From the IMG/VR virus record IMGVR_UViG_3300045282_000096, positions 1 to 56,010 of that record: a stretch of DNA of 56,010 nt, one strand, 5' to 3'. Under the pieces are notes generated by a model. It ran no database searches. It saw nothing but the letters and a program-made list of their open reading frames with translations, and had not been told where the DNA came from. Both the position numbers and the translations under genes were made by a program. Origin of the DNA: a virus (Duplodnaviria > Caudoviricetes). Shown here in pieces: positions 37,367 to 46,653 of the stretch; position 1 is the first letter of the stretch; each line of letters opens with the position of its first letter.

Positions 37367-37409
37367 TTAGATTGACCAACCGAACAATCAGGACTATTGA
37401 GGCTTTGCC

Positions 37410-38411
37410 ATGCTGACATTAGGTGCCGCCAAAAATTCACGTTTGAAACGCATCTCAGGTGTCTGCACAAGCTCTCCTGAATTTGTTGATCTTTTGAACG
37501 ACGGAGTTAACGAGTTAATGGATGCTGGTAATTGGTGGGGAACCGTGAAGGTGATGCGTGGTTGCATTTATAATCAATGCCTGACTTTTCCAAGACAAGT
37601 CGGAACAGTGCTTGCCCTTAACCACTGTGGCGGTTCTATTCCACCCAAGAATCAATGGTTCTCATTCGGCAGCGTTTTGCCAGAGCACGTTGGCCTGTGG
37701 AACAGGACTGGTAGTTTTTCATGTGCTAGCGACTTGGCATTGGCTGATACAGGAACGTCTCCAGTCTTCAATCAAATCCCCTGCCTTTTGCCGCGCTTTC
37801 TGAGATTCTATATAACCCAACCAAGCGATGCTGGAAAAACGATCACGATTTTCGGAAAAAGTGCGGGTGTTGAAGTATTAACCACAAGAGCGGATGGCAC
37901 TATTCAACCGGGCCTTGTTGTCACACTCGCCATACCGTTCGTTACAACCACAATTGCTTTCGACAACGTTGATAGAGTGATTAAAGACCCCACAGATGGG
38001 GTGACGTACGGTTATCAGTGGGACGGTCTTCATCTCTATCCATTGGCAACATATTCCCCATCCGAAACCTCTCCTGAATATCGAACATCAAGAATTATTC
38101 AGTCTGGCTGCGGAACCAACTGCGATAATTGGCCTACTCAAATCTCAGCGTTCGTAAAAATCCAATTCATACCAGTCGTTCACGATGACGATGAGGTTCA
38201 GATTGATAGCATCGAAGCGTTGGCTTTGGCGATTCAGTCAATAAAATTGGGAGACGCGTTCGACAGCATTGGAGCGCAGACGATGATGGCAAGGGCGATT
38301 CGCGCACTTAATCTGCAACTTCGAAACAAGCTCCCCATCGACACGATCCCGGTGCGGTTTGCGCCCTTTGGGACTGCCCGCCTCGAACGCAGACGCATTT
38401 CTATGCAATAG
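37410..38411 (+). CDS. Head-tail adaptor / tail tubular A-like protein
   Basis: MLTLG..K..., LLN....LM..GNWWG; precedes the ejection genes; promoter TTGACC at 37372. Confidence 0.5.
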   Translation: MLTLGAAKNSRLKRISGVCTSSPEFVDLLNDGVNELMDAGNWWGTVKVMRGCIYNQCLTFPRQVGTVLALNHCGGSIPPKNQWFSFGSVLPEHVGLWNRTGSFSCASDLALADTGTSPVFNQIPCLLPRFLRFYITQPSDAGKTITIFGKSAGVEVLTTRADGTIQPGLVVTLAIPFVTTTIAFDNVDRVIKDPTDGVTYGYQWDGLHLYPLATYSPSETSPEYRTSRIIQSGCGTNCDNWPTQISAFVKIQFIPVVHDDDEVQIDSIEALALAIQSIKLGDAFDSIGAQTMMARAIRALNLQLRNKLPIDTIPVRFAPFGTARLERRRISMQ

Positions 38412-38417
38412 TGATTT

Positions 38418-39239
38418 ATGCCATTCGGAATTTCAACAAGCGGCGGTGGTCGAACGGGTTTTGGAACCGTCCCAAGTCCCATAAATCTTCCTCCAAACCT
38501 GTTCACACAATTGGGTCAGGTGCCGGGTTTCTCAGGCAACACCACAGGCACAGGCAATGTCATCAGTAGCCAGCTTGCGGGCACTGTTTCTCCAATGACG
38601 CTGAATGCGCTCAAGACTGGCGCTGCTCAATTCGGTGTCGCCAGTGGTATGCCGGGGTCTGGGCTTGAGACAAATCAACTATTTGGAAACATCGCCGGTT
38701 TCAGTGAAGGTCAACAACAGAAAGGCGTTCAGAATTATCTTGCCCAAGTCGGCGCATTAGGCCCAACGATGACCTCACCTGGATTAGCCGCTGAGATTGC
38801 TGCTCACAATGCGGACCTTGCGGCGGCACCAGATCCAAAGCTCGCGGCACAAGAGCAGTTCAATCAATGGCTCAAGGGATTTCAATATACTTCGGGCGCT
38901 GGTGGCTATGGCAATGTCGGACGTTGGCCGGGAGGTGGGACGCTTGGCCCCGCTCCCTACGGAGCCACTATTGGAAGAACTTACGCCGGTGCCGGTGGGG
39001 TGTTGCCGGGAACAGACGCACTTGGATTTCCATCATACGACATGAGTAGTCAGCAAGGTTACGGCACGGCTGTAGCCACAGCCTCTCCACCACCAGGGGG
39101 TTGGCCGGGAGCATCAGCGCCATGGAACGCTGGTTTCGCCACTGGACCACGCTCGAATCTATTCAGCGGATTCCCTGACCTTGGTGGCTTCTATCCCGGC
39201 ATCAGTGATGAGGAAGCAATCGCCGCAGGAGGTGGATGA
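38418..39239 (+). CDS. Gly-rich internal virion (ejection) protein
   Basis: Composition and position. Confidence 0.55.
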   Translation: MPFGISTSGGGRTGFGTVPSPINLPPNLFTQLGQVPGFSGNTTGTGNVISSQLAGTVSPMTLNALKTGAAQFGVASGMPGSGLETNQLFGNIAGFSEGQQQKGVQNYLAQVGALGPTMTSPGLAAEIAAHNADLAAAPDPKLAAQEQFNQWLKGFQYTSGAGGYGNVGRWPGGGTLGPAPYGATIGRTYAGAGGVLPGTDALGFPSYDMSSQQGYGTAVATASPPPGGWPGASAPWNAGFATGPRSNLFSGFPDLGGFYPGISDEEAIAAGGG

Positions 39240-39430
39240 TGCCACCTGATTACACTTTTGAGATTGTTGGAGGGCCGGATTGCGGTTCTGAATATCAATG
39301 CTTTTTCACAGGTACTTGCATCACTGAATTAAAGAAACGCCAAGGGCAGAAGCCAATGAAGTTTAAAAACCATCATTACAAAGTTCAAAGAATAAACAAA
39401 ACGAAGAAAACAATGAAGTTTGTTTACTAA
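39236..39430 (+). CDS. Small hypothetical protein
   Basis: GGPDCG motif; coupled to both neighbours. Confidence 0.45.
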   Translation: MMPPDYTFEIVGGPDCGSEYQCFFTGTCITELKKRQGQKPMKFKNHHYKVQRINKTKKTMKFVY

Positions 39431-40335
39431 TGCCACTTGGTTCATTACCTCCATGGGTTCGCGGTGTTGATGCCGAAGCTGGCATATCATCCGGAGCTTC
39501 TGCGGGTCTTGGCGTGGCTCGACTCCAACAGGAACAACAGAGTGATGCTGCACGTCAGGGCATGGAGGCAATGCGCCTCAAACAAGCTGCTGGATTGGAG
39601 CAAGCGCGATTGCAGCAGGCAGCAGAGCAATCTCAAATGGAGTTTCAGGCTCGCCAAGAGGTTGCCAAACAACAGCAGTTGCGCCAACAGCAGGCGATGA
39701 ACATTGATGCGGCCTACAAGACTGCCACACTTGGCCTTGCTCAAGGACGATTGGAAGAAGTTCAAAAAGCTGCGGATGAAAAAGCTCGCAATGCTGCTTT
39801 GCAATTTCAGCGCGAACAAGGTTTTGCTCGTGACGTTGCTGCTGGTGTGCCTGTGATGGAGGCGTATCAGCGCAATCCAGTGGCAGCGAGTGTGTTGAGT
39901 GCTGTTGGACGCACACAACTGAAAGAAGGCACGGAAGCAAAGCCTCTTATCCGAGAAGGAAAATTCCCACTCATCGAATACGATCCGAAAACTGGCACAA
40001 CTCGACAGGTTTATACGCCTCCCGCGCCAGTTGGACTCAGCAAGTCCGACACCGAGGATTTGAAAGACCTTCGACATGAGCGGGATTTGCTAACCAAAGG
40101 CATGGGCGACCGATTGATGAATCAAATTTCCCCCATGAAGCCCGAGGAGCAGAAGGCTCAACAGGATAAGCTGAATGAAATCAATCAGCGCATTGAAGCC
40201 ATCAAGCGACCGAAATTGCAGCCGCCTCCAACCAACAGCACGGACAAAATTACTCGCGCTCACGCATTGGGAATAGCTCATCCAGATTGGACTAAAGAAC
40301 AAATCATTGATGCGGTGATGAAGGAAATGCAGTAA
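39430..40335 (+). CDS. Gln/Ala-rich helical ejection protein
   Basis: Coiled-coil, located just before the giant gene. Confidence 0.6.
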   Translation: MPLGSLPPWVRGVDAEAGISSGASAGLGVARLQQEQQSDAARQGMEAMRLKQAAGLEQARLQQAAEQSQMEFQARQEVAKQQQLRQQQAMNIDAAYKTATLGLAQGRLEEVQKAADEKARNAALQFQREQGFARDVAAGVPVMEAYQRNPVAASVLSAVGRTQLKEGTEAKPLIREGKFPLIEYDPKTGTTRQVYTPPAPVGLSKSDTEDLKDLRHERDLLTKGMGDRLMNQISPMKPEEQKAQQDKLNEINQRIEAIKRPKLQPPPTNSTDKITRAHALGIAHPDWTKEQIIDAVMKEMQ

Positions 40336-40344
40336 TGGTGTTCC

Positions 40345-43300
40345 GTGGCATTCAATTTCACAGAAGAAGACTTCGCGCCGAAAAGTAAGTTCGATTTCAC
40401 TGAGGAGGATTTCAAACCAAGTGGGTTGCCTAAGTTTTCGTCAGACCTTGCCTTAATTCCACCCACTGAACAGGACACTCAGGAAGCTCTAGCGCAGTCA
40501 CATCCACTCACCGCACTCAGTAAACCGATAGTTAATCTCATTCCCAAAATCGGTCAGGAAACAATGGGAAGGATTTTGTCTCTGCCTGCTGCATTGGCCC
40601 GTCAGCGCATTGAGGAAACTCCAGACGAAATAATTGAGACTCCAGAAGGTTCAACAGCAGTCGCTCCAAAACAGCCCGCCCTTGAAGCTGTGGCCAAGGC
40701 TGTTCCATCAGACAAGGCTGTAGCTGTTGCAACAGGCGTTCAGCACGCAGCAGCGGACACTGCTAACTTTTTCACCTCACCAATCGGAATAGCCACACTT
40801 GGAATTGGATCGCTTCCTGCGGCAGTGGGAAGAACGGTTGCATTAGGATTTGCCGCACAAATGGCTAAAGATGTTCCAGAAATTGCCAAACAATTGGGGG
40901 AAGAACTTGGCAAACCAGAAGACCAACGCGATTACGAAAAGATTTCAGAACTGACAGCCAATGCCGTGGCTAACACCACGTTTGTGGGATTGGGTGTTAA
41001 GCACGGACTGGCTGAACCCGTTGCTGGAAAATTAGGAGCGTTACCAAGTGAACAAACCGCAGTTATACCGACTGCACAACCAAAGGAAGAAAATGCCAGC
41101 ACTCAGCAAAAAGCAGCAGAAATTTATGGCGATGTGTTACCACAACCCCGGCAGGGCGAAGGGGAAGTGCCCATCAAAGAAGGTGAGTCACGAGTTCAGT
41201 TACAAACCGAAGGGGGGATACAAAAAGAAGTAACACCTGCCACCACTCTCGAAAATGTAATCCGCGATCCAAATGCAAAGGCCAACAACCATAACTCGAC
41301 TGAGGCTGGAATGGCCGTTAAGTCAGTCGATGACTTGGAGAAATTAGCTGCACTTCGTGAACAGCTTTACAAAGAACGCCAAGACCTTTTGGAACAGGTG
41401 AGGACTGAAACCGATCCTGCCAAAAAAGAGTCGCTGATGAATCAGGCGTTGATTCTGTCCAACAAGCTACAGCTACCACGCGAGGCGATTGAAGTCGCAA
41501 CCAATACTGGAGGATGGGCGGAAGAAGCTGGCAAGACAGAACTTGGCGAGCGTCCTCTTGATTGGAAGAAAAATCCCGAAGTTGCTAATTGGTTGGAGAA
41601 GAATTCAAAACGCATTGGCACTTCCTTTGAACGACCAAAAGAAGCCGCTCCCACTGAAACAGTTCTCGCATCCCAAACAACACCCACTCACGGCCTTCCC
41701 GTTGGAGTCCCTGACCGTGGACCGACTTTCGCCGCTGATTTGATGGAGGCATCTCGTCAACTTGGCGCTCTCGTCCGTAGTCGCGCCACACTTCGTCCGG
41801 GTGTTCTTGGCCAATTCGTTCGCACCAAACTCGCTGGCATCAAACAGGCCGACAAAATTGAAGTTGGTGACATTCGAAATCAAAACACCGTCGCCCACGA
41901 GATTGGTCATAGCCTTGATGGAATTTTGTGGCCGCAAATTAACTTCGGTGAGAGCCAAAAGAGTTTGGCTGCGCGGGTTGGCACCGGCACGCCAAAAGAA
42001 ATCACCTCAGAACTTACCAAAGTAAGTGAGTTGATGCGTGGACCAATGACCGGCAGCAAAGGACACGTTGCCTATCGCAAACGTGCTACCGAATTGATTG
42101 CCGATTACTTCTCACTCTACGCGCACGACCGCGACCGTGCTGCGGCCATGGCTCCGAAGTTCACTAAAGGGTTTGAAGCGTCATTGGCAAAAGACCAAAA
42201 CACTGCTGATGTGGTGAAAGGTGTCGTCAGTGGTAATGTCATTCCCAAACCACCAGACCCCACGCTCAAGAAGCAACTGGCGGGTATCACTGGCACTCCA
42301 CCACAACCTGGAACGGCCTTGCCCGGACAAGTTCCAGCAGCGCCAGTCCTTCCACCTCCAGCGCGAGAGCGTGTAGCGGCAGTTGCCGCCGAAGGATTGG
42401 TGAAAGATGCGGTCAGAACATTCGAGTCCAAAGTTCAAAAGGCACGCATCGTTGGCGATAACTGGAGAAAGTTGGTTGGAAGCCAATCAGACCGTAATGA
42501 CGTTGGCGCTTTTGTTGAAGGCATCGGCAATTTGGAGAAACCCGGTGACACCATCGACCGCGTTCGAACAAGAATGACTCCAGACAAGGAACGATTGGCC
42601 AAAGACTACCGTTTTCGTCAGGAGTTGGAGCGTCAGGAGATTAACAAATATCTCAAGGACAGTGAGGAAGGTGAGTACCTTAAATTCCTTGAAGATTATC
42701 TTGGCCACTTCTATGTGGACAACGCGGCCAAACGTCAGGCCGCAGTATCACGTTGGGCTAAAGAATCTCCGCACGCAAAGCAACGCAAGTTGCCCACGTT
42801 GAAAGAGGCGGTTGACATGGGACTCACCCCCATCACTCAAGACCCTGCCGTGACTTACGAATTGAATTCACGAATCAACTGGCAGGTGGCTACAAACCGT
42901 AAATTCGTTGCGAAGCTCAAGGACATTAAGACTGGCGCTGGTCAGGACGTTGTTGTTCCGGCGAAGGACGCTCCTGCTGGATGGGAAGTCACCAACAATC
43001 CACTCATCCAACGAGTGTATGCCCGACAAACTCCCAGTGGTTTGATGCTGTGGCGGGGTGGCGCGGCAATTCACCCTGACATTTGGCGTTCTGCCCGTCA
43101 GATTTTGGAAGCTCCACAATCAGGCGACTTGGGAAAAGCTTATGATGCTATCAATGGGTTCACACGAGCAAATGCGTTTGCCTTCTCACTATTCCACGAC
43201 CTTACACTCAGAAGTGCCGCCGTTGGATCGCAATCGACCTTGGCTAATCCACTGCGAGGATTGGTTCGTTTATTCGAACGTCACCCAATCACCGGAGAAC

Positions 43301-44715
43301 GCCAAGTGTTTGTTTCAACCCGTGGACTTGGAAAAGAGCTTTTACAAAATGAAGAAGCTGTTTCTGACGCCGCCGAACACGGATTGAAATTCTCCTACAC
43401 CGATAGCGAAGCCTATCAACACAACGCCCGCACATTTCTTGAGAAGAACGCCGCACGATTACGCGATGTTCCCGTTCTTGGAAAAGCAACACGGCTCGCA
43501 CGCGACATTCAGCAATGGCGTCAGGAAGGGTTGTGGAAAAACACTCACGATGCGTTCAAAATTATCACCTACAACGATATGGTTTCCAAAGCATTGGATG
43601 GCGCACCACCCGGAACTGATGTAAAGGCTGTCAAAGAGAACATCGCATCATTTTTGAACGACGCTTATGGCGGTCAGGAATGGCAAACCAAGTTTTGGTT
43701 GGACCCCGGCACGAGAAAAGTGCTGTCGAGATTCTTCCTTGCTCCCGACTGGACGCTTTCCACCCTTCGCAGCGTCCCTGGATTATCTGATGTTGCCTCG
43801 ACCGTGCGAGAGCAGGCACCTCGCATTGCCGGTAGAGAATCGTTTCCAACACCAAAGGAAGGTCTTGCTGGCGCTGGCAAACGACTCCGCTTTTGGGGCA
43901 CCGAAGTTGCAGCCTTGGCAATGGCTACTGCCGCCGCTCAATACGCAATCTACAAAGCGTTTGGCGACGACAAGAAAGGAGACAAGGCTTTTCCATGGGA
44001 CAATGAGTTGAATCAGAAGATGCGTGTCGATGTGACGCCGCTGATGAGGAAACTTCCATGGGCCGATCCTAAAGACCCAACACGTCACTATGTCAACCTT
44101 GGCAAGCGACCACAGGAGATTCTCAATTGGTTCACCGAACCCGACAAGCAAGTGTTGTCCAAAGCGTCTCGTCCAGTTGCCATGATATTCGAGCAGGTGA
44201 CGGGCAGCGAGGGCGATTTCAAAGCGCCGTGGAAACAAGACCACGAAAGTTTTATGGAGAGCCTCCCATCACGCGCCAAGGCCATTGGCACTGAGGCGTT
44301 GCCGTTTACCTTTCGTGGAAATCAATTCGCGCTCTCTGCCCCCGTTCGCAAGGGCATGACCAAATACAAAGCACAGCAGGCTTATGAAAGCGTGTTCGAA
44401 CTGGCGACCAATCCCAATCGGATTAAATCTCTGTTGCGTGGCCAGCAACCGTCAGAAGGCACGTTGTCTGAAATGACCAGTCAGATCACCGACGCCGCCA
44501 AACGCAACGGTGTGCCTGCCGAAGAAGTGTTAAAGCGTTCGCTGTCGGTTGTTCGCGGTCATCATTATGACGAATTTTTCAAGGCGTTCAGTAAAGGCGA
44601 CCGCAAGAAGATGGATGAGGAAGCGAAAGCACTCATCACACTTGGCGCAACCGGGCGTGGAATTGAAGAATCAGTTAAGCGCCGGTTGGAGTTGCAGCCG
44701 GTGGCACCTGAGTGA
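40345..44715 (+). CDS. Giant internal virion / polyvalent ejection protein with zincin (HExxH) domain
   Basis: 1456 aa; repeated FTEEDF N-terminus; AHEIGH...ELIADYF. Confidence 0.7.
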   Translation: MAFNFTEEDFAPKSKFDFTEEDFKPSGLPKFSSDLALIPPTEQDTQEALAQSHPLTALSKPIVNLIPKIGQETMGRILSLPAALARQRIEETPDEIIETPEGSTAVAPKQPALEAVAKAVPSDKAVAVATGVQHAAADTANFFTSPIGIATLGIGSLPAAVGRTVALGFAAQMAKDVPEIAKQLGEELGKPEDQRDYEKISELTANAVANTTFVGLGVKHGLAEPVAGKLGALPSEQTAVIPTAQPKEENASTQQKAAEIYGDVLPQPRQGEGEVPIKEGESRVQLQTEGGIQKEVTPATTLENVIRDPNAKANNHNSTEAGMAVKSVDDLEKLAALREQLYKERQDLLEQVRTETDPAKKESLMNQALILSNKLQLPREAIEVATNTGGWAEEAGKTELGERPLDWKKNPEVANWLEKNSKRIGTSFERPKEAAPTETVLASQTTPTHGLPVGVPDRGPTFAADLMEASRQLGALVRSRATLRPGVLGQFVRTKLAGIKQADKIEVGDIRNQNTVAHEIGHSLDGILWPQINFGESQKSLAARVGTGTPKEITSELTKVSELMRGPMTGSKGHVAYRKRATELIADYFSLYAHDRDRAAAMAPKFTKGFEASLAKDQNTADVVKGVVSGNVIPKPPDPTLKKQLAGITGTPPQPGTALPGQVPAAPVLPPPARERVAAVAAEGLVKDAVRTFESKVQKARIVGDNWRKLVGSQSDRNDVGAFVEGIGNLEKPGDTIDRVRTRMTPDKERLAKDYRFRQELERQEINKYLKDSEEGEYLKFLEDYLGHFYVDNAAKRQAAVSRWAKESPHAKQRKLPTLKEAVDMGLTPITQDPAVTYELNSRINWQVATNRKFVAKLKDIKTGAGQDVVVPAKDAPAGWEVTNNPLIQRVYARQTPSGLMLWRGGAAIHPDIWRSARQILEAPQSGDLGKAYDAINGFTRANAFAFSLFHDLTLRSAAVGSQSTLANPLRGLVRLFERHPITGERQVFVSTRGLGKELLQNEEAVSDAAEHGLKFSYTDSEAYQHNARTFLEKNAARLRDVPVLGKATRLARDIQQWRQEGLWKNTHDAFKIITYNDMVSKALDGAPPGTDVKAVKENIASFLNDAYGGQEWQTKFWLDPGTRKVLSRFFLAPDWTLSTLRSVPGLSDVASTVREQAPRIAGRESFPTPKEGLAGAGKRLRFWGTEVAALAMATAAAQYAIYKAFGDDKKGDKAFPWDNELNQKMRVDVTPLMRKLPWADPKDPTRHYVNLGKRPQEILNWFTEPDKQVLSKASRPVAMIFEQVTGSEGDFKAPWKQDHESFMESLPSRAKAIGTEALPFTFRGNQFALSAPVRKGMTKYKAQQAYESVFELATNPNRIKSLLRGQQPSEGTLSEMTSQITDAAKRNGVPAEEVLKRSLSVVRGHHYDEFFKAFSKGDRKKMDEEAKALITLGATGRGIEESVKRRLELQPVAPE
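41093..41233 (+). CDS. Overprinted 46-aa basic protein (MPALSKKQQKFMAM..., DUF3008-like)
   Basis: AAGGAAG RBS before the ATG; N-terminus matches the MP.KS..QQ.FM phage small-protein pattern. Confidence 0.55.
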   Translation: MPALSKKQQKFMAMCYHNPGRAKGKCPSKKVSHEFSYKPKGGYKKK

Positions 44716-44845
44716 TGATTTCCTTAGGAGGGGTTTTACCAAACTCAATTCTGTCGGCCACAGTCCTAAGAAACGCTGAATCTCTTGGATCTTTTAAGCA
44801 CCACGCAAGCCCCCGAAGTCGGTCGATAATCTCTTGGTCGTTCAT
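44675..44845 (-). CDS. 56-aa hypothetical protein (MNDQEIIDRLR...ADRIE)
   Basis: Read manually. Confidence 0.45.
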   Translation of the reverse strand: MNDQEIIDRLRGLAWCLKDPRDSAFLRTVADRIEFGKTPPKEIITQVPPAATPTGA

Positions 44846-44847
44846 AT

Positions 44848-44878
44848 AAAAACCGCGCTACCACTCAGTAGCGCGGAC
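44848..44878 (-). terminator. Intrinsic terminator
   Basis: CCGCGCTAC-TGAGTG-GTAGCGCGG-TTTTT. Confidence 0.75.
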
Positions 44879-45007
44879 TGTTGCTTTCCCTCTATGCACA
44901 CCGTTCTTCTATGACTAGACGGTTGGAGACTCTCAAATAAATCCTCGCCTATCAAGCATTTTGTTCTTGCAATTTGCGCCATGATTTTGTAACAATTCGT
45001 TGCAGTG

Positions 45008-45110
45008 ATTCCGGCCATTCACAAAATCACTTTTACCGAGCACCGTATCTTGCGGGGGCGCTACTTCGATTGCGCTTTCTCCCTTGGCCGGGATAGATGC
45101 GGTGTCTCGG
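45008..45110 (+). ncRNA. Crossing-helix structured RNA leader
   Basis: P1 45009-17/45085-93, P2 45036-50/45095-110, inner hairpin GGGGGCGC/GCGCTTTC. Confidence 0.55.
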
Positions 45111-45119
45111 GAATTTTAT

Positions 45120-45219
45120 GGGCGAGTAGCTTAATTGGTAGAGCGCAGCGGTACTTAATGCGGGAGAAATCCGCAAGATTCCGGTGCGGTTACGGGTTCG
45201 AATCCCGCCTCGTCCACCA
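45120..45219 (+). ncRNA. tRNA-like RNA (100 nt) with extended hairpin instead of an anticodon loop
   Basis: GGGCGAG/CTCGTCC-A-CCA, TAGCTTAATTGGTAGAGC, CGGG-TTCGAAT-CCCG. Confidence 0.8.
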
Positions 45220-45237
45220 TTTACAGAAAGGACCACC

Positions 45238-45513
45238 GTGACCCTCGCTGAACGCGACCGCAAACTCAAATGCCTCGAAGACATTCTCGAACAACCTCGC
45301 AACGATCAAAACGTAGTAGCCGTCGCGCTGTTCAAAATCTGGCACGACGCGCTGTGGGAAGTGTCCGACGACAGCTTTGATGAATTCACACAGAACGAAT
45401 TCGAGATGAGCGAGGTTGATGCGTTCATCATTATGAAAGCTGCGGCAAGCGCCGGTCAATTTCCTGAGTATGAAGCGGAGAAGATTAACGCGGAATTTGA
45501 AAGGTTGGGATGA
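45238..45513 (+). CDS. Small helical DNA-binding-type protein (paralog 1)
   Basis: LW....SFDEF...EF.MS. Confidence 0.55.
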   Translation: MTLAERDRKLKCLEDILEQPRNDQNVVAVALFKIWHDALWEVSDDSFDEFTQNEFEMSEVDAFIIMKAAASAGQFPEYEAEKINAEFERLG

Positions 45514-45785
45514 GCAACGAAGAACGACACAAAGAACTTACTGAAAAATTGAAAAAGGCGGCAGATGGATTTGTTTCATCAACCATCAAGATGGGAGACG
45601 CCTTAAAAGAGTTGGAAGACGACGGTCATTGGAAAGACACTCACTCATCGTTCGACTCTTTCTGTAGAGACACTTTTGGATTTGATGAACAAAAAGCTAG
45701 AATCATTATGCACGATGCGGCGATTCTGAAACACGATCCATCAAGAATTTTGGACTGCATCGGATTTCAAGAACCCACCAACTGA
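45510..45785 (+). CDS. Small helical DNA-binding-type protein (paralog 2)
   Basis: G.AL..L...GHWK..H.SF..FC...FG. Confidence 0.6.
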   Translation: MSNEERHKELTEKLKKAADGFVSSTIKMGDALKELEDDGHWKDTHSSFDSFCRDTFGFDEQKARIIMHDAAILKHDPSRILDCIGFQEPTN

Positions 45786-45786
45786 T

Positions 45787-46653
45787 GTGAAGTCACTAAC
45801 AGCTTTTTCAGAACGAGTTGCGTCCAAGCTCGACCGTCAAATAAGGTCCAAATGGAAAGATTTCGAAAACTGCTCGATAGAACTTGGAAACCTTCTCACT
45901 GAATATCGGGACAAGGGTTATTGGAAAAAACATCACTCCACGTTTAGAGACTACTGTGAGTCGATTGGAATTAGCAAAACTCATGTTTATCGGCTTCTTC
46001 AATGTTCAGGGATGGTTGAAGCTCTGCCAGATAATCTGAAAGAAAAAATTATCCAGCAGGCCCAAGCCAGAGTGCTGATCGATGTTCCAGAAAAAGATCG
46101 TCCAGAGGTTATACAAAGAGCGGAAAAGAACGGGGATCTTACTCCCAAAAACCTCACGCTGGCGCGTCAACAATTAGAGCAAAGTCATCACACCGAAAGT
46201 GTCCCCAAAGGGGACAAACGAGTTTCGGTAAAACCAGAGCCTAAAACACTCAAAAAGGTGTATTATGATGAAATTGGAATCCCCCTTCCCGACGACGCAA
46301 TTCCTTATTGGGAACGCCGCCAAGAGGTGCAAGATGTTTTGACCCAAATCAGCAAACTAAAATCCATCGTCGTCACTGGTCGTGAAGCGCAGGACCACCA
46401 GTGGTTAAAGGTGAGCAATTCCATTGCTGACACCTTTGATTCATTGCGCTCTTTAATTAGTGAAGCTAAACCATATGCGGTCTGCACGACATGCCAAGGT
46501 GTTCCATCAATGAGCGAAACTGGATGCAATTTCTGTCGTTCAACCGGCCTAATTTCCAAGTGGCAATGGGACACCCAGAGCCGCAAAGAGATAAAAGACA
46601 TGATGCTGATGCGTGCTGCCGATCTTAAAAAGGAGAGAGAAAATGTTCATTGA
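45787..46653 (+). CDS. DNA-binding protein with the same N-terminal domain and a C-terminal Zn finger
   Basis: G..L...R..GYWK..H.TF..YC..IGIS...YRL; PYAVCTTC.G..GC.FC..TG. Confidence 0.65.
   Translation: MKSLTAFSERVASKLDRQIRSKWKDFENCSIELGNLLTEYRDKGYWKKHHSTFRDYCESIGISKTHVYRLLQCSGMVEALPDNLKEKIIQQAQARVLIDVPEKDRPEVIQRAEKNGDLTPKNLTLARQQLEQSHHTESVPKGDKRVSVKPEPKTLKKVYYDEIGIPLPDDAIPYWERRQEVQDVLTQISKLKSIVVTGREAQDHQWLKVSNSIADTFDSLRSLISEAKPYAVCTTCQGVPSMSETGCNFCRSTGLISKWQWDTQSRKEIKDMMLMRAADLKKERENVH

Noticed and set aside
45008-45110. HDV-like (theta) ribozyme next to the tRNA-like gene
   Set aside because: There is no P4 or J4/2 catalytic strand between P1' and P2', and it lies 5' rather than 3' of the tRNA.
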